IMG/VR virus record: IMGVR_UViG_3300036985_003045
Source of the DNA: a virus
Lineage: Duplodnaviria; Caudoviricetes
Reading direction: 5' to 3' (one strand)
Length of the DNA: 64,000 nucleotides
The translations under genes were made by a program, and so were the position numbers. The notes beneath the pieces are model-generated. The model saw nothing but the letters and a program-made list of their open reading frames with translations. It was not told the origin of the DNA and ran no database searches. This document shows, piece by piece, positions 38,061 to 46,493 of this stretch; positions within the stretch are counted from its first letter, which is position 1, and each line of letters begins with the position of its first letter.

Positions 38061-40622
38061 TTAGAATCCAATTATTGTTCTAAGAGTAACTGTTTGTTGA
38101 TCAGTAGGTGTAAATGCCTGTCTATTATCTATATACATTAAATCACCTGAATATTTATCAATAGTTGGTGGAGCAACATCAAGCATAGTAAATGTTTGTG
38201 TATTATTTGATACAAGGTACATAACTTTGCCAACATCCAATGTATAATTATCAAGTGATTGTAATAACATTGCACTACCTGTATTTGTTACAATTCTAAA
38301 TCTTGAATTAGTTGTAAATTCTGCAATTAAAGAATCTGCGGCAAATGTCGTAGTATTAGTATTAGCATAAACTACCCAACATGCGGTTTCAAATACAGTT
38401 GTTGCAATATACGTAGTACCATATCTATACATATTACGAATAATACCAATTTGTCTATAGTCATTATTAACCGTAAACCCTTGGTTTTTATAGTTTGATA
38501 TGTCACTAAAAAACATTAAACCACTTGCTTTTAATTCATTTAACGCGTTTTTACCATGACCTCCATATGGAGGTATAATTACTCGAGCAGTAGCACCGGT
38601 ACCAGTTCCAGATATAATAGCATTTGCCCAAGTATATCCATAACCTTGAGTTACTATATTTATTTTTGTAATTCTACCTGCAGTTACAGTTACTGTTGCA
38701 GTAGCGCCAGTACCATCTCCTATTATAGCAACAGTTGCTGAGGTATATCCATATCCACCTGAAACTACCGGAATATTCATCAATTTACCAAACACAGTCA
38801 ATAACTCTACATTTGCTTGTAGTGAATTAATATCACCAATTGATAATGAAGCAGTTAATTGTGCTCCTGTTCCATCACCTGATATATCTATAATAGCAAC
38901 AGAATAACCAATTCCACCGTCAATAATTTGTGCACCAATAATTTGTCCACCACTTATTATAGGTACTAATCTTGCTTTTGATATTGTAGTTGTTGCAGTT
39001 ATTAAACCATTTACACCTGCTACATCACTAATAGTAATAATAGGGGATTTAGAATAACCTGCTCCACATTTCATAGTTATAGACGCAGTAGCAGCTATAC
39101 CTGCATACGTTAGAGTTGCAGTTCCATTTGCGGCACTTCCACTTAAATGAGTTGGAGCAGTTGAACTTGAGGTGCCACCAATAGTTACTGTGTATAATCT
39201 ATTTGCATAAAATATTTGTTGGTTAGTTGTATATAATGTAGTTGCTGTCCATAAAGTACCAATAGTTACAGTAGGTACAGTTGTATATGATCCAATTCCG
39301 GTAACAACAACCATATTTAATGAACCATTTTGTATTACTGCGCTTGCAGTTCCTCCACCCGAACCTGAAATAGTAACAGACGGTGTATTAGTATATCCAG
39401 ATCCTATATTTGCAACATCAATAGTTGCAATATTTTTATTTAATGTAACTGTACTTAATTGACCTCCGCCATTTATTGTAACAGTTCCAGTAGCTAGTGC
39501 TCCAATAAATTGTAAAGCAGCAGTTCCATTTGATACTATACCACTAACATGTACTGGTCCTGATGTAGTAAATGTTCCTGGTATAACTGATTTATAATAG
39601 TTATTATTATAATTTATTAATTGATCTAAAACTACATTTGCACCAGATACCCATGCAGTTGAATTGCTAACTGGAGGTTCAATAGATATAGTTGGAGCAA
39701 CATATCCAGATCCTACTTCTGTTATATTTGCACCTAAAACATACAATGGATCTGCTTCTAGATAACCATCACCTATAACATTTAAAATTGCGCCGGTATA
39801 TCCTGAACCTCTAGCATCAATTTTAATTATCTGTATATTACCTTTAGAATAAAATTGCTGCTGTAATGCCGTAAGAATAGGCATATGAGAATTTGTAAGA
39901 AATTTGCTTCTAAGAGAAATAGGAATATTGTATATAAATTTCCAAATATAACCATCATTTGTAGTTATTGTTTCTGCACTAGCACCATAAGGTTGCTGAG
40001 TAGATTGTGCTTCATTATTATTGTCAATGCACATATATACATTAAAATTATCTCCTAAAACATAATAACTAGTATCTTCTAATCTTTGTATACCTTCTTG
40101 ACTTTTAATAACAACTGCTGCGGCCGTTGCGCCACTGCCTAGTCCATCAAAAGTTACTACCGGTGTTTCAGTATATCCGTATCCTTTGCTTGTTAGTGTG
40201 ATACTAGTAATTATACCGTCCAATACCGTTGCAGTTGCAGAAGCACCTTGACCTACTCCGGTTATAATTATTGTAGGTGCTACAACATAATCACTTCCGC
40301 CTGAAATTAAATCAATTCCTTGAACTTCAGTAGAATATGAATCATCATATTGATCATAAATTGTGCCGGATATCCAATCTATTTTTGGTATTATATATGC
40401 AACATCATTTGGACTAATTGCTTTTAATGAAATAATTTCATTTCGTGTATCATGTTCATATGATGCAGAATCTATAGGCAGGGGAGGATTATTTTCATCA
40501 CCCCAAGATAAAGTTTTACCCAAAAAGTAATAATAATTTGACCCTTTTGTTATAACATCATTATATACACTATCAGCTACCGAATTGTGTAAACTTGACT
40601 TTATTAATGCTGTTTCTGCCAT
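38061..40622 (-). CDS. gp8: Baseplate wedge subunit gp8 with large beta-repeat insertion
   Basis: YYYFLGKTLSW, YVLGDNFNVYMCIDNN, TNDGYIWKFIY, NDYRQIGIIRN, KYSGDLMYIDNR. Confidence 0.88.
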   Translation of the reverse strand: MAETALIKSSLHNSVADSVYNDVITKGSNYYYFLGKTLSWGDENNPPLPIDSASYEHDTRNEIISLKAISPNDVAYIIPKIDWISGTIYDQYDDSYSTEVQGIDLISGGSDYVVAPTIIITGVGQGASATATVLDGIITSITLTSKGYGYTETPVVTFDGLGSGATAAAVVIKSQEGIQRLEDTSYYVLGDNFNVYMCIDNNNEAQSTQQPYGASAETITTNDGYIWKFIYNIPISLRSKFLTNSHMPILTALQQQFYSKGNIQIIKIDARGSGYTGAILNVIGDGYLEADPLYVLGANITEVGSGYVAPTISIEPPVSNSTAWVSGANVVLDQLINYNNNYYKSVIPGTFTTSGPVHVSGIVSNGTAALQFIGALATGTVTINGGGQLSTVTLNKNIATIDVANIGSGYTNTPSVTISGSGGGTASAVIQNGSLNMVVVTGIGSYTTVPTVTIGTLWTATTLYTTNQQIFYANRLYTVTIGGTSSSTAPTHLSGSAANGTATLTYAGIAATASITMKCGAGYSKSPIITISDVAGVNGLITATTTISKARLVPIISGGQIIGAQIIDGGIGYSVAIIDISGDGTGAQLTASLSIGDINSLQANVELLTVFGKLMNIPVVSGGYGYTSATVAIIGDGTGATATVTVTAGRITKINIVTQGYGYTWANAIISGTGTGATARVIIPPYGGHGKNALNELKASGLMFFSDISNYKNQGFTVNNDYRQIGIIRNMYRYGTTYIATTVFETACWVVYANTNTTTFAADSLIAEFTTNSRFRIVTNTGSAMLLQSLDNYTLDVGKVMYLVSNNTQTFTMLDVAPPTIDKYSGDLMYIDNRQAFTPTDQQTVTLRTIIGF

Positions 40623-40652
40623 TATTTTTCTCTTTTTGAGTAATTTTTATTA

Positions 40653-41093
40653 TTAAGCAATTGTAATAGTCCAATTAATGGAAAGTGTATCAGTACTTGC
40701 TTTTGTTATTGCAGGAAAAGTTGTATGAGCTAACATTGTACCACTTGAACTTGCATTAAATAATCCTGCTTCTCTTAAAGTGCCAGTACCAGTTCCGCCT
40801 GCAAAAGTTGCAGTTGCCTGAACTGTATTACTAGAATTTGTATAAGTTGCTAATGCAACTCTTGCAATTTCAGTATTTAATGTTAAATCACCAACAGTTG
40901 GTGTTGTAGAAACAGAACCAACTGCCATATATGACATTACACCTTGGGAAGTTCCTTGCATTCTTGCCGCAATATGGTTTTTACCTATTGTAACAATTAA
41001 ATTTGGTACTTCCATATGTAATTTGACATTTCCCTTTTCGTCTATAAGAGTGATTTCAAGATCACCCTTAACTGAAAGTATATCACTAATCAT
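40653..41093 (-). CDS. Hypothetical baseplate/tail structural protein
   Basis: NLIVTIGKNHIAARM...MAVG...L.TEIARV...LREAGLFNA motif common in tail genes. Confidence 0.6.
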   Translation of the reverse strand: MISDILSVKGDLEITLIDEKGNVKLHMEVPNLIVTIGKNHIAARMQGTSQGVMSYMAVGSVSTTPTVGDLTLNTEIARVALATYTNSSNTVQATATFAGGTGTGTLREAGLFNASSSGTMLAHTTFPAITKASTDTLSINWTITIA

Positions 41094-41114
41094 TTATAAA
41101 ACTCCTAAAATTTA

Positions 41115-43367
41115 TTAAAAAATTGTTTTACCTTCTAAATATTCTGTAGAATCACTGAAATATACATCAGGACCGAATATATAAGCATTGTATGCAACAT
41201 AACCACTATCACTTGGTGTAGTAGTATCCGTTAATGTAGTATTTATTATCTCAGTATAAGCACCAAATTCAGAAGTTAAACCAAATCCACTTATAGAAAC
41301 AGTAACATATTTTGATATAGATCCTATACTGGTCAATGCAGAATTTGATACTAATGATTTAGACATAACCATTGAGACAGACGGTATTAAACCTAAACCT
41401 GTAGTAATACTTAAACCAATAAGAGACTTAGTTTCTGTCATGGAGGTACTTTCATTACCAAGTGCCGTAATTAAAGAACTTCCACTTAATTTCATTGTTT
41501 GACCGGTATCAAGTAGTCCATCTGATAAAGTTGAACTATTACCGGTCAATCCCTTTATCATGCTCTTTGATACAGTATTAACACTTAATGTTAAAGACTT
41601 CTCAATTAAGATAATATCAATCGCCTGTGAAGGTGCAACTGTATTAACACTTAATGTTAAAGAATTGCCGGTGTTATCAATATCAAATTTCTTATCAAGT
41701 TGACCAATAGAACTCGTTGCAGATTCGCCGGTATTTGCAATTGTAAAATGCTTTTCTAATAATCCAATATTTGATGATAGTTGTTTACCAGTTTGAGCAA
41801 TTTGGAACCATACACCCACTGATTCTTTATATGTAGCAACTTCTCTTCCTATTAACGCAACTTTAAATTGAACACCATTAGTTCCATCAAGTCGAGTAAC
41901 CCAGTCATTATTTATAGAAGATGTTACATAAGTAGCATTACCATTTTCATAATTTAATACTTTACTTAAATGTAACCAATGACTGTCACTCATTGTAATT
42001 TTATCATCAAACTTTAAATTTGAAGATTTAATTACTAGTTGAACAAATTCACTTAAATTAAATTCATTAGTGATAGAATATTCACCAAATAAAGCATTGC
42101 CAGTAGGATGAACTAATGTTTTAACAAATGATTCATATTTACTAAGTTGCTCATCTATTTTAAGAACATATGCAAACTTTTGAAAATATTTGCTATCTTG
42201 AATATAAATATTATCACTAATAAATCCATCATTAGTTTTAAAATATCCTGTGTATTTTGCTTCTGCTCCTATTGTAATATAAAGAACAGAAATATCTTCC
42301 TCATCAATTATAGTACTTGAATATGTTGTAGTGTTATTAAATGTTTGTATAACGTCCCCTACATATAATGCACCTAGTGCAGGAGTTGCTATATCTATAT
42401 TATAGTTTGGTCTTGTAATAACACCATAATCTATAAACTCATTGGTATTATCTCTAATTGTTGCATCCCACGCTACAGGACCTGAGCCAGAGAATGATAT
42501 TGTAAATGGTAATTGTGTAAAACTAATCTTACGTGCTTGATCTGAAGTTATATACGCATAAAAATTAGTTTCATAACCAACACCAAAGGATATAAATTCA
42601 GCAGTTTTAACCGCGCCAACACTATCTACAGACTTAATTTTTACAATAGATCCTATACCTTCACCAGAACTTATAGGATATACTTGTCCTGATTTAAAAC
42701 CCTTTCCACCCGAAAATACATTTATTTTAGTAGTTGTATATAATACATCTGCAACAAATTCATTTTCATAAAATATTTTATTATTTTCAGTTATAGTATT
42801 AAAATAATCTTTATCATAAAATAATTCTACTATTTGAGTATCACCACTAATATTAGGATCAATCGCTTTGAAACTTTTTATTGTTATTAAAAATGTGCTA
42901 GTAGATGTTATAACACTAACCTTATTACCTACAATAAGATCTGGGGTGCCTTTTGATATACGTACAAATATAGATTTGTCTTGAATCCATTTACCATCTG
43001 AAGGAATTAAAACACTATTATATGGATAATCTACAACAACATCTTTTTGAAATAAAATTCTGAATAATAATTTGAAAGCTGCTTCTGTACCTTTAGCACG
43101 ATATAGTTCACGTATATGTTGTAAAAGAAATCTTTCATCTATAGGTAGATTAGGTAGATTAATTGCAATTTCATGCTTGAAATATTGAATAAATGAATCT
43201 AAAGTGTTATCAATATCTTTTAAACTTTTGTAATCTGTGTTTACATTTGCCTCTAGAAATTCATAGTATGCTTCCAAAAATGCAACAAATGTCTGGTAAT
43301 CTCCCCGAATAAATTCAGGAAGTTGCCCAGCTACTAATGATGATAGTTTTGGTTTAATGTCTGACAT
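41115..43367 (-). CDS. gp7: Baseplate wedge initiator, gp7-like
   Basis: QLPEFIRGDY..FVAFLEAYYEFLE, IRELYRAKGT, IQDSKYFQKFAYV, VHPTG. Confidence 0.75.
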   Translation of the reverse strand: MSDIKPKLSSLVAGQLPEFIRGDYQTFVAFLEAYYEFLEANVNTDYKSLKDIDNTLDSFIQYFKHEIAINLPNLPIDERFLLQHIRELYRAKGTEAAFKLLFRILFQKDVVVDYPYNSVLIPSDGKWIQDKSIFVRISKGTPDLIVGNKVSVITSTSTFLITIKSFKAIDPNISGDTQIVELFYDKDYFNTITENNKIFYENEFVADVLYTTTKINVFSGGKGFKSGQVYPISSGEGIGSIVKIKSVDSVGAVKTAEFISFGVGYETNFYAYITSDQARKISFTQLPFTISFSGSGPVAWDATIRDNTNEFIDYGVITRPNYNIDIATPALGALYVGDVIQTFNNTTTYSSTIIDEEDISVLYITIGAEAKYTGYFKTNDGFISDNIYIQDSKYFQKFAYVLKIDEQLSKYESFVKTLVHPTGNALFGEYSITNEFNLSEFVQLVIKSSNLKFDDKITMSDSHWLHLSKVLNYENGNATYVTSSINNDWVTRLDGTNGVQFKVALIGREVATYKESVGVWFQIAQTGKQLSSNIGLLEKHFTIANTGESATSSIGQLDKKFDIDNTGNSLTLSVNTVAPSQAIDIILIEKSLTLSVNTVSKSMIKGLTGNSSTLSDGLLDTGQTMKLSGSSLITALGNESTSMTETKSLIGLSITTGLGLIPSVSMVMSKSLVSNSALTSIGSISKYVTVSISGFGLTSEFGAYTEIINTTLTDTTTPSDSGYVAYNAYIFGPDVYFSDSTEYLEGKTIF

Positions 43368-45202
43368 TATGTTCTACTCGAAGCAAAGATGTAGTTTGTA
43401 CCACCGGCAGTGTTACCATTAATTGTTTTATCGGATATTACAGTTACATTAACTTTAGCAGGATCAATTTGCACAATTTGAGTATATGCTGAAACTATAT
43501 CATTAGATTGAGGTTTAATAGAAAGTTCTAAAGTAGAACCTACAATCATTGATATATTTAGATTGTATATGTTAATAATACCTTTTTTATAATCTACACT
43601 TCCTATTTTAGAATTAACTACTGTTCTCACAGTTTTATTATAATAAAATAGAATCATATTACCTATACCGTCATCAACAAGATAATATACCTTTGTTGTA
43701 TCACCTGAAATATAAAATCCTGTACTTAAAATCATATCTTCAGGTACCCCTGAATAATATATTGGAGTAATTAAACTAACAGTGTATTGAGCAGAAATAT
43801 TGTACTTGGGATAAATCTTACGGCGTAAAGTTAATGTAGTAATATTATTTAGTATTGACGATTCAGCATTATCAATTAATTTACTTAATTTAGAATATCT
43901 TAAAATTCCTTCAAACTTCTGTAAATCATTTTGATTATAAGTTTCAATTTCATTTTTTATAATAGTTTGTAATTCAGAAATAGATCTTGTAGTTTCTAAC
44001 TCATTATAATAAACGGTAACATCTAATTCTACATTAATATATTCGGCATCTACAATTACTGGAGTAACGGTTGTAACCTTTTTAGGTTTAATAATATTAT
44101 GTAATAAATAATCTTTTTGTTGTTCAGTTAAGAAATCACCACTTTGAGGTTTAACGCAAATAAATATTTTACCATATATTGGAGGAGTTGCATCCTCTCC
44201 ACCCCAAATAGTAACAGAATCAATATCAGTCATTTCAGAATATATTAATGCTTTATAATCATCAATAGTTACTGCTCTATCTTGAGCAGAGTAAACTCTA
44301 GGTGCATTAAATTTAATTGAATCTAAATTTTCAGACGCGCTTCCATTAGATGAGTATGCAATAGTAGTTATACTGGGGATACTAAATCCTGAATATAAAG
44401 CATTTCCATTATATGTAAAAACTTTTGCATTATTAGCAGCATCTAAATTTGATACCATATAATCAATTTCAACCACATTTCCATTTTCTAAAGCAAATCC
44501 AATATTTCCATCACCAAAGGTTAATTCATATAAACCATCATCTATTTCTTTTACCCAATATACATGTGAAGTACCATTAACATTTAATATTGATTCTGCT
44601 AAAGTGTAAACAGTAACATCTGAACTATTAACAGACTTATAACATTTAACAACTATTGAACTAGTATCTACATTTGCATTTGGTATAATATATCTTGTGC
44701 CTGTATCTTTAGTATATTTGTATGTTAATGGAATACCTTCAAATAATTCTACACTAGCAAATTCGTAAACATTCCTAGTATTTTTTGCAGTACTATAAGC
44801 AAATCTATTATAAAATCTATATGATTTATTATTAACTATTGTAGAAAATGGTGAATAAGCAGGTAATGTAATAAGATTAGGAGATTCATTATCACCTGTA
44901 GAAGTCATACTTAACATAGCAGTAGAGCATGTAGCAGACTTTGGTGTATACCCCAAGGTTTTTGATAGTGAAACAACACTATTCCTTTTTCTTGCAGAAT
45001 CCAAAAACATTTCATTAATAGAAAGGTTGTTGTAAATAGCATTATAGTGTGTATTGTATGCTAAAATATCAAGTAATACAGATAAACCAGAACCATCAAA
45101 ATCATAATCCTGGAATGTTTCTTGACCTTTTAAAAATTCTTTTAAACTAGTTTTAATTGTATCAAAATCTAGTTCAGATACATTTATTTTTTTACTTGCC
45201 AT
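43367..45202 (-). CDS. gp6: Baseplate wedge subunit gp6
   Basis: SELDFDTIK, DYDFDGSGLSVLLDILAYNTHYNA, RAVTIDDY, WGGED..PPIYGKIFI. Confidence 0.94.
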   Translation of the reverse strand: MASKKINVSELDFDTIKTSLKEFLKGQETFQDYDFDGSGLSVLLDILAYNTHYNAIYNNLSINEMFLDSARKRNSVVSLSKTLGYTPKSATCSTAMLSMTSTGDNESPNLITLPAYSPFSTIVNNKSYRFYNRFAYSTAKNTRNVYEFASVELFEGIPLTYKYTKDTGTRYIIPNANVDTSSIVVKCYKSVNSSDVTVYTLAESILNVNGTSHVYWVKEIDDGLYELTFGDGNIGFALENGNVVEIDYMVSNLDAANNAKVFTYNGNALYSGFSIPSITTIAYSSNGSASENLDSIKFNAPRVYSAQDRAVTIDDYKALIYSEMTDIDSVTIWGGEDATPPIYGKIFICVKPQSGDFLTEQQKDYLLHNIIKPKKVTTVTPVIVDAEYINVELDVTVYYNELETTRSISELQTIIKNEIETYNQNDLQKFEGILRYSKLSKLIDNAESSILNNITTLTLRRKIYPKYNISAQYTVSLITPIYYSGVPEDMILSTGFYISGDTTKVYYLVDDGIGNMILFYYNKTVRTVVNSKIGSVDYKKGIINIYNLNISMIVGSTLELSIKPQSNDIVSAYTQIVQIDPAKVNVTVISDKTINGNTAGGTNYIFASSRT

Positions 45203-45607
45203 TTATCGAGTCCTTTCCAGTACTAAATCTAATTGTATTGGTCTTGTTGTATTTAAAATCGTGAAATAGATGGAAACATATACTGAATTATTATCAGGAG
45301 AAAGAGTCACAGTTATATCATTTAAATTTACTCTTGGTTCATGATTAATAATAAGATCTATTAAAACTGCTTTTAAAGTGTAGGTTAATAGAGGTGTTGA
45401 TAAATCAAATAATAATCTATGTACTGGAGAACCCAGTTCAGAATGAAATGGTCTTTCATAGTTTTGTGTTAAAACTAGATTTTTTACCGATGCTTTAACT
45501 GCATTTTCATCATACCTAATAGACACGTCACCTGTATTAGGATTAGCAGTAAAGTTTAAATCTAAATCTGAAAAAAGCCGAGTATTCCGTGACATTTTAA
45601 TTTCCAA
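45203..45607 (-). CDS. gp25: Baseplate wedge subunit gp25
   Basis: FSDLDLNF..NP, AVKASVKNLVLT..YERPFH, HEPRV. Confidence 0.92.
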   Translation of the reverse strand: MEIKMSRNTRLFSDLDLNFTANPNTGDVSIRYDENAVKASVKNLVLTQNYERPFHSELGSPVHRLLFDLSTPLLTYTLKAVLIDLIINHEPRVNLNDITVTLSPDNNSVYVSIYFTILNTTRPIQLDLVLERTR

Positions 45608-45637
45608 TTAATATGTATTATTTATTCACAAAAACAG

Positions 45638-45684
45638 TTTACAAACGTTTACTTTTGTGATATACTGGTTATACCAGGTTTTTC
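45638..45684 (+). promoter_or_regulatory. sigma70-type promoter (TTTACA-N17-TATACT) with palindrome; copy 2 of the 38-bp repeat
   Basis: 45647-45684 identical to 2392-2429. Confidence 0.65.
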
Positions 45685-45871
45685 AAGGATATTGTTTATC
45701 CCTTAAGTCTTTATTAATTAAATCATTAACTAATGTTTCAAATGTATAACCACTGGTTAATTTTACATACATGTTATCTGCTAGAAAAGAGGCCTTTTTA
45801 ACAGCATCTTCATAAACTCTTTCATCTACTCTTGGTCTAAAGTAATTTTGGTCTGATATCATAATATTCAC
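45683..45871 (-). CDS. Hypothetical protein (62 aa)
   Basis: Follows a late promoter; phage-like composition. Confidence 0.5.
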   Translation of the reverse strand: MNIMISDQNYFRPRVDERVYEDAVKKASFLADNMYVKLTSGYTFETLVNDLINKDLRDKQYP

Positions 45872-45887
45872 CTTTGTTAATCTTTTA

Positions 45888-45899
45888 TATTTATAAATA
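45888..45899. promoter_or_regulatory. Palindromic bidirectional late promoter TATTTATAAATA
   Basis: TATAAATA on + (45892-45899) and on - (45888-45895), with divergent ORFs on both sides. Confidence 0.7.
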
Positions 45900-45926
45900 T
45901 TATTTTAATAATTGTGAGAACTTAAC

Positions 45927-46493
45927 ATGGCAAATTGTAAAGGCGAATGTAATAAACAACTTCAAGGTTTAGCGGCAAGATTATCTCATGCCGAAGATAA
46001 TATTACAAATCATTTTATGGGAGTATCTACCTTAGTAGCAGGATTAGCCGCAAATCCTCTCACATTAGGAAGTGTTACTGCCCTTTTGCCTACATATAAT
46101 AGTTTACCTTCAGGTATGGAGGTACTACAATTATTAAAAGATGCCTTGCCAGATGTAGATGCTTTAGCTATAAAGAAATTAATGATGTCTGCAAGTGAAG
46201 CTGCTATGGATACTCTTGCAGCAACTATGGATGAAGTAGGTGCTGCTATGATTGCAACTGCTACTGCCGCTGTGTCAGCCGCTGAAGATGTTGTAACATC
46301 AACTGCAGATTCTTTAGCAGCAGCTATACAATCTGGAAATCAAATAGCAATAGATGCTGCACAAGCTGCCCATAATCTTGCTAATGTTAACTTAGGTACC
46401 TCTAAGTTATCCTTTGATTCAGTATCTGGTTTTATTGTAGGCCAAGCTAAAATTTCTAAATGCAAAACAAAAAGTTTCCTTTTAGGTGATTAA
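45927..46493 (+). CDS. Hypothetical Ala-rich helical protein, on the opposite strand to its neighbours
   Basis: 188 aa, late promoter 28 nt upstream, occupies non-overlapped space. Confidence 0.7.
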   Translation: MANCKGECNKQLQGLAARLSHAEDNITNHFMGVSTLVAGLAANPLTLGSVTALLPTYNSLPSGMEVLQLLKDALPDVDALAIKKLMMSASEAAMDTLAATMDEVGAAMIATATAAVSAAEDVVTSTADSLAAAIQSGNQIAIDAAQAAHNLANVNLGTSKLSFDSVSGFIVGQAKISKCKTKSFLLGD

